NCBI GenBank assembly: GCA_030141605.1
Contig: JAQGDQ010000116.1
Coordinates: 1 to 64,000 of the forward strand
Direction of reading: 5' to 3'
Length of the DNA: 64,000 nucleotides
From: Tubiluchus corallicola
Lineage: Eukaryota; Animalia; Priapulida
Part shown: positions 42,501-57,500 of the stretch, in pieces
How positions within the stretch are numbered: the first letter of the stretch is position 1
How the letters are laid out: the number at the start of each line of letters is the position of its first letter
Program-made: the position numbers and the translations under genes
The notes under the pieces: model-generated
Database searches by the model: none
Told to the model about the DNA's origin: nothing
The model's input: the letters and a program-made list of their open reading frames with translations, nothing else

Positions 42501-45500
42501 TGCTATTAACGCAGTTATTCAAGCAATTTTCTTCTAGATACATACATAAAAAAAAATTTTTGGATACACATATAACAAAATCATAATGCATATAACTTTT
42601 CTATTCACAGTCCATTATTTTCGGAGGAGTTTCACTGTGAGGTTCCGAGACGATTCAGGTTTCTCTCTTTCTATGTTTACGACCGTGAGCCAAGGCCAGA
42701 GAAACTCATTGGGAAGGTATCAATTAAAAAAGAGGAACTAGCTAAATTCTATGGAAGAGATCACTGGTTCCCTCTCACGGTGGTAGATGCTGATAGTGAA
42801 GTGAAGGTATGCAGTTTTGAAATTTTACTCCATAGCTATTTGAAATGAGCAAAGTTATTGTTGAAATACCAAAAATAATTGCTAATTTTGATGAACTACA
42901 CGTGTTTTAATGAAATACTTTTAATTGGTTTTCTGTTTCATAATTCTTCAATTGAATTTTATAAATTTTTCAAACTAAATTCAAACTGGTATTGCTGCAA
43001 TATTTTAAAAAAATAAATCTTTTTCTGCTGAGCATAAGAATTACAACAATGTGATATTGAGACATTTTTCTAATTTCAATATAAAGAGAACTTGAACAAA
43101 CGCAACACGGGTTGTTGTGAGCCGTTATTTAACGTCATCCATGAAATTTAAAGATCCGTAGGTCCTACCGAATTTCTGACTATGTGTCTTGCCTTGAAGT
43201 TTATGTGACAACTGATTTGAGCTAATCATTAAAAATGCTTGAGCGCTGCTTTGACGTTTTTGATGGTTCTTCGGACTTATAAAAAGTTCAACCAGCAATG
43301 TGTTCAGTAAAAGTCGCTGGTCTGTGATGTGACGCGCTTTCTCAAAAGCCCGTAGACTTAATCAAACTTTCCAGAAATGTTAGATGAACGCATAAAAACT
43401 GATTCTGACATCAGCATGATGATCCTAGCGAAAGATGGCGGTCTGCTTTCACGAATCGAGTTACTTTTCGTGCTTTGCAACATGTGCACATGAACAGGCG
43501 GTGGTTATTAGGCTGATTATTGTAGGAAGGTTTTCTGCTAAGCCCTAACTAGTCATAACAGAAAGATTATGTATCCAACGCCTACAAACGTTTTCTTGCT
43601 ACCCACATTAAACAGCATGAAACGATCCTTCGCTCTGTATTGCACTAGTATTAAGATGTGAGGTCGGTGAACGGCATGCTTTCCATTTAACAACTTGTTT
43701 TCCACAGTAGGTACACTAGTCCACTTCTACCGTCTGCCAAAGAGTTTAGTGTTGGTCAGTGTGGGATGACGCATGTTATTTTTTAAACTAAGTAGCCAGT
43801 TTAATGCAGTAATAATTAACTTATTGCCATTTTAATTTTTAAAGCCAATAAAACGTATTCTAAATCTGTTGTTTTATGCGTTGGTGAAAATTATTTTACT
43901 GGATCATTTTTTTCACATCTCTAATAAACCAAATACTGGAAAGACACTTCACACTGCTATAGTTAGGAGCGGTAGGCCGTCTGGGTATTTTTATAATGTT
44001 GGTTCAAAATTTAAGCGTTCTTCTACCAGTGCAATTCTATCTTGCTCTTAAGTATTAATTAGATTCACTGACGGGCTTTTCATTATTATAAATACATGTG
44101 TGGTGATATATATGATTATCATCATTATATTGAAAACTTTGAGAACAGTTGGTTTTGAATTCGTCTTTCTTGTTTTTATTGGTAGCTGTCTTCATTGGCA
44201 TTTTTAATTAGAATGTTTATTAGTAAATAATACAGTCACTCTGCAGCTTCGTAATATTTACCTACTGTCTAACTTACTTGAAACGTGCGCCCATGGTTAA
44301 CCGCCAAAAACCTGGCGTACGCCACTATACGCCAATAATGCCAACCTGTTGCGTGCGAAACGACCCGATATTTATATGTACACTGTGTATTTAAAATGAA
44401 ATAAATTGCGTAGAGATTAAATACAATTTGTTTGATGGCAGGAAGTGCTTTAGACATTAAGTTGACAATTGTTGCAGGTTTTTCAACAAGCGTATACTGC
44501 TGTCATTCGTGCGCATCTGATTGCCGTGATTATTATTCTGAAAAACTGCGTGCCACTGTACAGATTTGATGATGCTGACTCCTCGAAAAATGGCGGGCAA
44601 CAGTCATTCAAGTTTCTCTTCAACGCCCGAAGCGATGGTTTTGTGAAACAGAGATGCATTAAGATAACCTCTCCAACATAATTAGTTTACAGCCGTCGTA
44701 AGATTCGTGCTGCGCATCTCAGCTTAGCTTTTCCCTCTACATGTTTTGTGCCTCCGAGGCGTTTGTGGAAATTGTCTTGAAAATTTTTGCAATGTAAATG
44801 GGATAGCTCATCCTTTTGGAATTACATTTGAAACGAAAAATATTCTTCCTACTGTTCCCGTGACATGCAGTGCTCTGCTGGAGAATATGTAAACAGTTTC
44901 TGTCAATTTTTAGTGATAGTTTAGCCGAAAAAAATAAAGAAAACGTGTCCTGGTATTTACTTTACTATAATGTTTCTTTATCATTCTTTATTATTATTAT
45001 TTATAAAAATTATTCTTTTTAAAAACTAAGCCTGTATAGCACTGACATATACAAATTTTTGTTTTCCAACTTTTACTTCTTGCTAGCATTGTAGTCACGA
45101 TCGAGTTTCAAGTATGTGGATTCCTATCATTCGATGGGTGTGCTTTTATTTTCCTGCAATCTGACCAGGTTTAATATTTCATGTGTCAATAGCGCGGCAC
45201 CATTGGACTTGTGTATTTTACAATGGCTTTTTAAAATGGTTATGTAAAACAAGTCCCTATATTGTCTTCTTTGCATATCGCATTCTTCACTCAACTGCTT
45301 GGTGATTCTCTCCAGATGAACAACTTAATTAGAGACGATTAAGCCCGATTATGTTTTATGCTCGCTTTTTGTTAATATCGCTCGCATTATGCAAGATATT
45401 TTTTGGTTTTCTTGTCTTGCCTTGCACTATTTTCATTAGACATGGATGCCATGTTACATAATTTTAATCTTTGGAAGTCTTTTTTCAAAGGTGCATGGTT

Positions 45501-48500
45501 GTTCGTCGTAAGTCACTGATGGCGTATTAAAAATTTAATGCCATACAAACTTGAGTTACAAAAGAGCAGTGGTTCTTCAGGTAAACTGGAAATTGAGGAA
45601 ACGCTCATTTTGTCAGTGTAAAAACGTGGGAAATTCGCCTCTTGTGGGCAAAAATCAACACACATGTTTGCCGAGGATTTATTTCTAGCCTAAGTTGACA
45701 TAATTCTGTTTGCCTGACGTATATCCCGTAAAACAGGTGTTTGTTAATTTCCCTACAAATCTTTTTAGCAAATTTTGGTATATTGTGATGTTATTCACCT
45801 TTTTTTAATATAACCCTTTTAAACGTTTCTGTTTTCAACATTTTCCTTTTTTGTTTTCTCTGTTAATATTGAAGTAAAACATTATTAGGTGGTTGTATAA
45901 TTTCATACTCCATACTAGAGGTATAACTTCATTATAAATTCCTGTTATTTTCGTATTTCCTTTCTTGTATATTTTTTTAATTGTGTTGTAAGCACTTAGA
46001 TTCATGTGCCATGCAGTTTAGCTTAAGCTAAAGCTAAGCAACTTTATATTTATGACAGAGGCTTAGCTAAAGCACTTTTTATTTATGACAAGTTTTAGTG
46101 TAATATTAAGAAAGTAAAGAGAATAAAATTTTCCTGATAAAACCAGTTAAAGATGCATGAATCATGGTGGCAACTTCGTCTAGTCTTCATTCGCATGTTT
46201 GTTTGTCGTCTATGTTGTAAACACTGAAGCAGCCATATCCCACCGTTCGTTTTGTAATTTTGCTCAAGATACACGAAATTAATTGTTTTCAGGCTGTAGA
46301 TGTTTATGATACCTGTAGGCTTGCCGCGAGCGTTGTATTTGTGTGTAGGCGTTCCAAGCGAATTAACATTCGGGTTTTTACAAGTACTACGTGTAATAGC
46401 AACCTCAACATGCAGCCTGTAGAACATCCATTGATTAGCTACTCCTCCGAATTTGTTTTTTGCGATTTTATATTAATAATTTCGCGCGTTTCTCTCGTTC
46501 TTTCTAAAAAGGGAAAATTGGTGTTAACCCAGAACTATTTTTAAGGAACGATTAATTTGATAATTCGTTATGAAATTTCTTACAGTGTGTGTAGGACTTA
46601 AAAACTTGTTGCGGAATGTCAAACATTAGATACAAAAATTTACAAATTGAAAGAATGGCAAACTGTGCGTAAAGAATGTTAGAATTTTGACAGTTATTAT
46701 AGCTGAAAGATGCCTGACTGTTTTTTTCCTTCTAATTTTACAGTTGAAATATCTCCTCTCCCTGTAGGCTGTTTACAGTAACACAGCATCGTGGTGGTGG
46801 CAATGTCACGTAGTGTCGTTTAAAAATTGAACACTATATTTAATTAAAAAACCTACTTTTAATTGTTTCTTCACTAAAATATTTGTGATTTCGTTTCCAT
46901 ATCCTGCTAAATTACATTAGATTTTTTGTGGAGACTCTCCTAAGCAAGGCTTCGTGTTTAAATGTATAAGCCAAATTAAAAATTAATTGTACATCATTGT
47001 GAGGGTGTCATAGGATAATGAATGATTGATTTATACTTGGTGAAATTGCATCGTCTTGAACACTGTGGACGGAGCTTTGCTTTACGGCAGCGGTACATCT
47101 GCTTTTTAATGCCAAAACAGCAGTTAGCCAAGCGAAATTGTGTTTCCCTTGCGACCACGGACAAATAATTAGCTCTTGCCACTCGGCACTTGGTATGCAT
47201 CTACTGATGATAAATAATGCATCATCACTTCTCCTTTACAGTATTATTGTGGATCAGTTGGTCATATGTAGAAAGATTTTAGACGTGTTAGAAACAGGTG
47301 CACACTGTAATTCCGTGCTTCTTTGAGCAGAATGATGAGTGGTTTTAGTGAGTTGAACTGGTGGACAGGAACTCATTTGGCATTAATTTGATATGACTTG
47401 ATGTGCGCTTTCCTAATGATTAGCCAAATTTATTTGTTCCTAACGCAGATAAGAAATATTATCAGTAGCCTAATAATAGCATAGTAGAAATAATGTAAAA
47501 AATGAATTACTATTTCTTTGTGTGCAATCAGTTCTTGTAGTGCATGTTTTACGACTGTGAGTATTTATAATAATATATATAGAAAATGCAAATGGAAACT
47601 GTATAAATTTGAATATTACTTGAGGCGACTTTTTTTACTCTTCTAATTTTTGGTTTAATCTTGCCATCAGTACCATGCAGACAGAATAAACAAAAATAGC
47701 CTCAAGTAACTTGCAAAATTTACAGGTGAGATTTTCCAAAACCAACTTACTTTAGAAGCCAAATCAAATATATCTATCTGTAGTTGGCAAAATTATTAAA
47801 CTGTAACCGTAGAAAGTACTGAGTTTATTTGCTAAACTGTGTCATGGAATTTGTATTTTGGATTAAAATTATTTATTTGAAATTGCAACCTCAGGAGATA
47901 AACACATAAATTTGTGAATGAATTTTTGCGTGCTATTGTGTATGTTATTCCCCAATTGCCCGGAAACTAAGATATTTATTAATGCTTTCTGAAGTACTCT
48001 TTATCATTAAAATGTGTATTATCCTCACCCCAATGTAGACCAGGTGTCCAAACATCGTAGGACATATTACAGTCACCTTTCATCGTGTAAAATTGAGTTG
48101 ACTATGTTTTTCTAGTTTCTTTTCCGCCTAACAGTGCATTCATGTGGATGTGTTATTTATTGCCATAGCAACTTTTGAACATAAATGGCCCCAACATATG
48201 CTAGGACAGTCCAAAAATACTTAGTGGTAATTATAAGTACACATACCATTTTTAAATTTTGACAGAGCTGGACAAACACCTATTCGCTGGCACTGCTGGA
48301 ATTCTGTGTGGGTTTTGTTTGTGATTACTCCAGAGGAACTTGCTGTTTTTCCTAAATTTAATATAAATATAATTTTTTCCTAATTTAAATATATGCATGC
48401 AAAATTTTGTGTTGTAGTACAAGGGTATTAATTATTGACATGCAAAATTTTGTGTGGTAGTATATAACGTTGGCTTCTGGACGGCATCCATTTAAGAAAT

Positions 48501-51500
48501 TGAGAAGAATCAAATAGCATAGCACATCTTATTTCATACCTGAATTCCTTTTCATACTGCTGTAATCTTCAATAATTTACAGCATGAGAGCTGTATTTTG
48601 TGAAGACAATGGGTCGTGTAGTGATTATGCATTTTTATCAGTGAACTATTAGCAGCTTAATGTGCACTGCTGTTTTAAGAAATTTGCCAAATATCTTATT
48701 GTTTCAAAACAACGCATTTGGATGCCAACATTTTCGTGCATTTTAAATAGGAAAAAGCACTTTTTACAAAGGGTGAAGTTGTGATTTTGATTTGTGTGGT
48801 ATAAATGAAACATCCTTTTTTACAGGGCAAGGTTCACATTCAGTTGAGGCAAACTGAACCTGATATGAAAAACAAGAAATTGGCTATCAGGTGAGTTGCT
48901 ACAGTAGTGTGTGTAGAGAAAGGTGCACACTTCAGCTTCCTTCAGTAATAATGTCATTGTCTTTAGTAAAAAAAAAAACTAGCAAAACCCAATGCTTTGC
49001 ATGCCTTGACTTTCACATCGCTGCTTGTTTCATTTAACTTGTTTGTTCATTCTTTTTTGTAACTGAACTGTAACTCAAGTGAAGTTAAAATTTAATTTGT
49101 GTTAAAGCTGTTGGGTACGCATATGATTATATATATTGTATAGCATTTCAGTAAATAACTGAGTTTTCAGGCTGGAAGGATGCAGTAAATATTGGTGATG
49201 AACAACTGTTTCAAAATGTGTATTAATCCTAATATTTTATGTTTTGTAGAGTTTTAGAATGCAGTGATTTACAGCTAGTGAATGGTGCTTGTGATCCATT
49301 TATTATCGTTACTGTGGAATGCAGTACCAAGCCAGAACATCGAAAGACTCGCGTGCGGAAAAGAACGATCAATCCAGTTTTTAATGATACATTTGAATTT
49401 GAGGTAAGACGAGCTAGTTTTCTTAAATTGTATAACACAAATTCTTAATTTTGTATCTAAGTTGTTTTTTTGCTCTTCAGAAAAGATTAAAATATTAGTC
49501 ATATTTTGTACCACATTATAAATTCCAGCCAGAATTATGTTCAAAATATATTATTTCTCAATGATTTTGTCAAGGATCTGCTATCTTACTTCATTTGCTT
49601 CATCATCACCTGATTCATTTCCTGTGCCATGCATCAACTGTTGTGCATCCGCAGATAAGCTTATCCGTGGTTCCTGTTTCAGCTTTCCTCCTACTATTGC
49701 CAATAAAGTTCAGGAAGAAGAACGTAAATTTCGTAACCTAATAGACTTTGTTATTATGCCTTTCATTTGTTTGCCTCAGTTGTTTAATTAATTTATAATT
49801 GTGTTTTTGCCAATTTGCTTTATTTCTTAATTTTTAAAAACAGTTAGTTAGTAACACATAGCCTGTACAGATCTTGAAACATAAATCTAGCTTCGTCTTA
49901 CAATACCAGAAATACAATACCATTTGATGAGAATCACAAAATTTTACAGTATTATTTATTTTTATTACAGCTTCCTAGCGAAATTTACCAAGAGTCTCCG
50001 CCATTGGTCAGGTACAGAAACCTAGTAAATTTTTAACATTAACAGGTTCACCATATTTAACTAATTATCTACTGTAACTAGTTATAGTATTTCATAGTGA
50101 GTGGTTGTAATATATTATAATTATAATGCAACTTCTTAGTATATGTACTGTTGACACCAGGTCTATGCTATAATTATAAACTGTCCAGCTTTACTTTTCT
50201 GAGTTTTATTTCAAGCTCTGTATTGTTTCAGTTGAATGTTTTTGATATGTTCTTGATATGTTTGCGCTGCCATAACCTAACCAAATTTTACTTCTTAAAA
50301 CTTTTTAATTAGAAATTTACTTATTACATATTATTGATCTTGCAGGGTATCCGTGTGGCACAGCTCACCGGGTGTAGCAGGAGATGTGTTTATGGGTGAA
50401 ATACGTTTACAGCCTCATACCATGGGCACTGACGTTCAGCACATTTGCCACGATGCTTGGTGAGTCTGTTATATATTTTTTGCATTTTGCCAGCAGTGCC
50501 ATAAAATTACCCATTTTAAGTTGTTGGAGCTGTTATTTTTTCAGCTTTGTCAACCAAAGTTGAAATAACTTTAGAGCTATATACTAAATGAAGTTTTGTA
50601 TGATTAGTATCTATGTGAGAACGATATGCTCAGCGAGTTGGCAGACTTTTCCTGTTTAGTTGTGTTCAACAAGCAGAAAATAAATATAAAATGTTGCACA
50701 TTTTGTGGGTTGCAATCAAAGCCTTGGGGCTGCATCATTAGTGCAATACATTGGGTGTATACTTTTGAGTTAGGTGTGGTCTAAACCTAAAGATCTAAAG
50801 GCTATTGCTACGGTACGGTTTTTACCTTTCTTTAATGTTTCATTTCTTTGTTAGACTAATAGTCATTTGCGTCTTGTTTTGCATAAAATCCTGTTTAGAT
50901 TTTATCCTTTTTACTGAAACCAAAAGTCCCTTCATGAATGCTGACTCTGTATAGCTGTTCAAAGGTTTTGTAGTTAGGAATGTTGGTTGGAATTTTGAAT
51001 CTTGAAGCTGTTGCATTCAATGCATTGCAAGCATTATGTATGTTGTCTAGAGTAATTTCGCCCCGATTCATAAAAGCATAACTTATCTGGCAGGTTTGTG
51101 TTTATGTAAGTCATTCCAGATTTTTAACACATGTTTGTTTTGCGTATTTTAGGTACTTGCTGCAGCCGCGCGAAGGATCTCGGAGTGGCAGGCAAAGTTT
51201 GGGCTCTCTTCGTCTAAACATTTGGTATCATGAAGACCATGTGTTTTCTAGTCAATTTTATGATGGTCTCAGGGCAGTTTTACTAAAGTCTTCGAAAGTC
51301 GAGGTGAAGTAATATTATGTTGTAGTTCTTTGAAGGGTTCATTGTGTTGATTTACTTTTGTGTTTTTGATTACACATTGTTGCTTTCTTAATAAAAAAAG
51401 TTAAACTGTTTATTCTTGAAGTGCATTTGACGTAGCTACACCATTTTACTGCAGAAGACTGATCTGGAGAAAATCACTTGACAGACAAATTGACGGGCTC

Positions 51501-54500
51501 TGTTCTCAAAAATTGCCAATTTAGTAGTATTATTTTGTGTGGCCAAACTAGTATGCAAGTGTAATTATATTTGTGCATATATATTTTCATTGTTTTCTGT
51601 CATCAATAAGTAAAAATTTTTTATAGCCGATCACTTCAAGTGCAGCTTACATATTAGGAGAATCAGTATCGAATAAGATGGATGCTGCCAAACCTCTAGT
51701 CAGAATATTTTTCAAAGCTGATAAAATTGTCCCACTACTTAATAAACTTGCGGACAAGGAAACGTCCAAAGCTACGTAAGTATATTCTTGGTTGTAAAAC
51801 AGCTTACTAAAGTAAAATGGGCAACAAGAATGTTGCTGCAGAGGAAATATATTGAGTATGTCCTTTCCAAACAATAAACGTTTTTTCTTGTTTATATGCT
51901 GTACTCTATTTCTCGTTTTTTTTTGGTAGTTTTTCTTTCTAATAAAATAAACTTTTGATTTCTTAATTTTGAAAGTTAAGATGATTTCAAGCTTTAAATT
52001 TTAAAATATGACTTATCGAAAACAGCATGGATTTGGCATTTTTGGTTTTGCAGTGATCCGAACACGCTTTTTCGAGGCACATCGATGGTTTCAAAATGTA
52101 TGGATGAATTTATGAAACTTGCCGGCCTACATTACCTCCATGATACGCTGAAGCCTACCTTAGATGAGGTAAGTAATCACACAGTGTTACAATTTTTTTG
52201 AATGGAAAGGTGTAATTACGTTTAGTAAAATTTTATGTTTTGAAATGGTGACCAACACAAAGCTTCTAAACACAATTAATTGAAGAAGTAAAGTAAAATA
52301 ATGTAAAATGAAAACTAATGTAGTTTTGTGTTGTCTTAGTTCAACCTGAACTTTTATTAAATTTGTATATTTTTGTCTGTATACGACCAATCCTTATCAG
52401 TCAAAATATTTTTTCTGTTATAACTCTTTGATCAGCCTTTATTGCTAGCAACTTAGCTTAAGCAGGTGCCAGCTGTTCTGGAAATAACATTGACTTAACT
52501 AAAAATACTTTATATTTTTTGCTTACCCAAAGTTGGATGTTTATTGGTAAGTAGCAGTTGCCTAATTGCATTATTTTTGTTTAACCCATGCAATTTTTTG
52601 TTTATTCATTTTTGTATTTTAATGCAGTTATAAGATTGCATGACAATTTTGCTGAGGTATTCGTTTGAACAGTGCATTTCAGCTCGACCTGGAAAGTTAC
52701 GCAGTTTTTCTTTCTGTTCAGAGATCAGTTGCATTTATGTAAAAAAATTCTTAATTGTTTATAGATATTCAGGGATAGAAAACCGTGTGAAATTGATCCA
52801 TTGAAGTTACAAAATATTGAAAACTTGGACGGAAACATGGTGAGCGCTAGATTGTTTTTACTGTAGATTAACAAAATGCATGTTCAATTTGCATTGTTTA
52901 ATTAAATTAACTCCTAGTATGTGAACAAGCCTTATGCACTTTGTAGTTTTGTTTTTTAACATAATTTGTTTTTTTACCAGGCAAACTTGAAGTATTACGT
53001 TCAGAAAATACTTGATGCAATAGTCGATTCCGCACTTGTCTGTCCTAATATCATGTGTCAGGTGTTCTCTGGTTTGAAACAAGCAGCAGTGAAACATTTT
53101 CCAGGTGACTAACTCTTAGTGAATGATCTAATTTTAGTGTACATTACACTTGCTTTGTGGCTGTTTAACTTTTATGTAAAGTTACTGTTTTGTCAGAAAT
53201 GTATCTGGTATTAAAACTTCCTTTCTAACGATTTTACAGATAGCAAAGAAGTGAGATATCTTGTGGTTAGTGGTTTCATCTTCCTGAGATTCTTTGCCCC
53301 TGCAATCTTAGGTCCAAAGCAGTTTGATCTCACCACTGTATCACCTGTGAGTTTTTTATGTACATTTTTATGTATTTAGACATAATTTTATCCATTGTAA
53401 ACTGTTTTGAAGTAAACTAATTTTTTTGTCAATCGACTCTAAATAAGCAAACCACTATTTTACAGGACCCGCAAACAGCCCGAACATTAACATTGATTTC
53501 CAAGACTATTCAAAGCATAGGCAATGTTGTTAGTGCTAAATCGGTAAGTTCATTCCATTCAACCGTGCTTAATAGCCTTAGTATAGCTATTGATGAAAGA
53601 AAAACTGTAAGCAAAATTAAAATTTTGTATGTTTTTTTCACAAATTTTCATACGGTGAGTTCTTCTAAGTGTTTAAAACTCATTTAAATTTATTTTGTTG
53701 CCATTCTGTTTGACATCGGTGATATAATGTTGGTAGCAAAAATGTTCCTTTATCTGGTATGAACTGTGGTGGCCATTTTTTTAAACCGTGTTGAACCTAC
53801 TTTTTTTGTCTTAATTGAATTCTGGTATGATTAATTTTTTATACCTTTAGGCTCATGCTGTGAAAGAAAGTTACATGATGGAAATTCACCGAGAATTTAT
53901 GGACACTGCCCACATAGAGTCAGTGAGAAATGTGAGTAAAAATTCTTGTAGCACCTAGATCTTTTATTAGTTTACAAAAACAAGCTTTTTTGTATTGAAT
54001 TTGATATTGCAGCTTGAGGATTTTTTACAAAAATGCTGTAAAGGTGGTTTCCATCCTTTTGTAATTTATATTTGTGTTTTTGCAGTATCTTGATGTCATA
54101 TCGTCTGCATCGCGGACACATGTTAAAGGCATTGAGACTCCAATCATATTTAAGGAAGGGTAAGTGCTTCTATTTCTTTTCACTTCATGTGGGTGGATTA
54201 TGATATATATGATGCTGTTTTTTTCTTCCGCTAGAATTCAGAACAGATTTCAACAACTTTTTTACTTTTCTGTTAGACAATTTGATTAAAGTAAATCACT
54301 TGTTTTCAAATTTTGCTTATGATAAAAAAAAATTTTCATCTGGAATGAACTGTAGTGGTATCTGCTTACTGCGATATCTGATTATTGGTTTAATATCCAG
54401 TTTTACAAATTACTTTTTTTACGTCATTCCCAGTTTAATTTCAGTTTTACATTTGTGCAATTATTGTCTTGTTAGCTTGCATCGTATATTTAAGACGTTT

Positions 54501-57500
54501 TAATTTAGTGCCATGTTATTTGCAGATTATTTGATATGCTAAAACATATACTAACATTTTTATTGCATTACATTTCGCTCTTATCTGTTGTATATAGATT
54601 ACTGTATTTTATCTTTTGCATTTTTGTTAACTGACAAAATAAGTTAGTACTAACACAGGAAACAACTGCTAGCAAAAAAATCGTCTGTTGGTGTACTCTT
54701 GTGCTAGCTTACATTACAGACTTTTTGTAGGTTCTTGATTAAGCGAGCGCAAGGACGAAAACGCTTTGGCATCAAGAATTTTAAAAAAAGGTATTTCTGC
54801 TTGACAAATGAAAGCCTGACGTACGCTGAGAAAAAAGGTAAATTGTGTGAAGGTGGTTTTTCAACTAAACATTTAATTCTTTGTCTATGTTTAATGCTGT
54901 TATGTGAACAAACAGACCAATTTAAATGAGTGTTGAAGTGAAACTAATAGGTTGAACAATTTGTGAAATAGTCGAAACAGCTTGTGAGAAATATAATTCA
55001 AATGAGCAGTGTTTGAGCAAATATGGGTCTGAAATTTTTTATTAGCTGATGTTACCTTCGATGATTTAGAATGTTGGTTTGAATGCTAATAACTGTAGTG
55101 TGATTAGCATTTGCATTTTAGGATTTAACATAAAGTCATTTGATAATTAATGCTGTTATTTTTATCCTTGCAGGAAAATCTATATTGTGCACAATACCAA
55201 TTGAGAATATTTGTGCTGTGGAGCGGGTAGAAGAAGATTCTTTCGATAGAAAAAACGTAAGTACATGCTTGACACCCTAAATTACTCTGACTGTGAGTGT
55301 TGTTTAGCTTGGTAAATGACGAAGACGTTTAGTTGGATTCTTTAATATAATTTTTGTCAAATTTTGTCACTTTTATTTGACAGAAGTTATAACCTGCTCT
55401 TTAACAACTCACTATTTCGATTGCAACACTATATATACCTGTTAACAAGCTTTTTGTGATGGTAGATGTTTCAAGTTGTGCAGGAAGATCGTACGCTGTA
55501 TATACAGGCTGCCAACTGTGTAGAAGCCAAGGAGTGGATAGATATACTCGCCAAAGTATCGCAAACAAACAGAAAAAGGTTGTGGACCTTTCATCCGGCA
55601 GCTTACCTCAATTCACATTGGCTGTGGTATGTTTTCTTGCAAATTTGTGTCACATTTTTTAATGTGTTTTGAGTAATTAAATTTTAACAATGTGCATTTG
55701 AATTGTTTGTTAAAGCAGCTGAAATCACATTTTGAAAATTTAGTGTCCCATCTTCCCATCTGTAGTTGCTTTTGTTGGAATTCAAAGGTTATAGACATTG
55801 CAAGGCATTGCAGACAAATCCTTCAAAATTTGGAGGAAACTTCAGTTTCCTGTTTTAGATTGTCGTAATATTTTTAGTAGAGACCTGCAGCTTTATTTAT
55901 TTTCTTAGCTGTAAAGAGAGTAGCTTGGATGCCAAAGGTTGTGCACCTGTCACTGGAGGTCTTCCTGCTGACATTCGTGTTAATATTGACTCGGACAGAG
56001 AAATTGAATCCATTCACACCCTGTTTTTACAAAACATGGAAAAGCTGGAAAGCAGATTGGGTATGCTTAAAAAATAAAAATTAACACTGTTTTTGCAAGT
56101 TGTTCGATGACAATCAGAATACAGTATAATCCACTGATAACAAGTTTCAAGGGACCATGAAAATTTGTTTGCTAGCTAACCGAGTCTCATTATAGCCGAT
56201 GTCAATTGTCTAGGTGTATGTAGAAGATCAAAATGAAGACGGTAAGGCTGATATAATGTAGCAATGAAAATAATATTTTTTGGGACTGGCACAAGTTCCT
56301 TAATGTGTGCCATTCAACAACTCTTTTTCAAAAAGGATAAACTTATAGTGTTCTGAATCTGTTATTTCTAGGATTACGTCAGTAATTTATGCAACCTTCA
56401 TAAAATTGCTACACGAGTTGGTTTTTCTAAACCACTGCTGATTCATTGTGTCATCTGCTGATAGTTGAGTGTGTTTTGCGTGGGTGTTACAGTATGTATG
56501 GCAAGACCCTGTGTGGGTGGAAAACATGACTGGTTTTTATCAGTTTAAGCTTAACGTGGATACAGACGTCTCTGTTTTTATTTAAATAGCTGTGCAAGTG
56601 CAATATGATTTATGATTATATTAAGAGTATTTCGGGGTGGACCTACGTTAGTTAATAATTAAGGCTTCTATCTGGCGAGCCTATGTGTTACTTAATGTAA
56701 AATCACTATATTTATTTACGATCATATTTTAATTAAAAATTGAAGTGTCAAAACTCAAATGTCAGAATTATTTAGTTTGCAAAGCAGGACAGTCTTTTAA
56801 GCTTGTTTATTTTTGCCTGCTTCACATTAAATTTCATCAGCTTTATTGAAGGAGTTATCAAGTCTTGAAAGGTATGATAACACGTCATTATCGCTTTCCA
56901 GATGAAAGCACAAAAATGCTGAAGTTTACCAAATGCATCAGTTTAAAGTGTTGACAAACTGCTTCTTTTTTTGCATATGAATCATTATGCCCACTTTATT
57001 CTGACTTTAATTTACAATTACGGAAGTAGCTGCTGACGCACTAGCACGTCTGTATGTGCTGTACATGTATTTGATACACATTGTGTTATGCACGGTCAAT
57101 AAATTAATTCACTCCTGGACACGGTGACCCTTTTGTTCTTGGTGAACAGCCTATTTCATTTGCCCATTGTTTTAGAACTCCCGCTCGCTATATGCAGAAG
57201 AAATACAATCACAGGTCAGTAAATAAGGAATATACCTCGTAATAAGCAATAAGCAAAATCTTGTAATTGCTGTAAGCAAGGTTTAAATATATTATTTAAG
57301 ACTAAGATTTGGCGCGACTTTGACATTCGCTTTTAATAACCGGTCTCATTATGTGTGAATTATATACTGTATAATCATATTAAATTTGGCAAAACACATT
57401 TTTTTAGCTCAGAAATGCTGATTTTAATGTAGACGGTTTAGCTAATTTTTTTCCTGCAATTTCAGCTGCATGCGAGTCACAGGCAGTATATATGGGCAAC

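Noticed and set aside
43638-43660. miR-92-like sequence TATTGCACTAGT
   Set aside because: Only the 5' half matches; the conserved 3' CCCGGCC and a hairpin partner are absent.
44566-44681. Alternative terminal exon or small ORF in RASA3 intron 3
   Set aside because: No recognisable homology; both candidate frames stop quickly and nothing independent supports them.
47330-47410. C/D-box snoRNA starting at ATGATGA
   Set aside because: No CTGA D box or terminal stem at a suitable distance.
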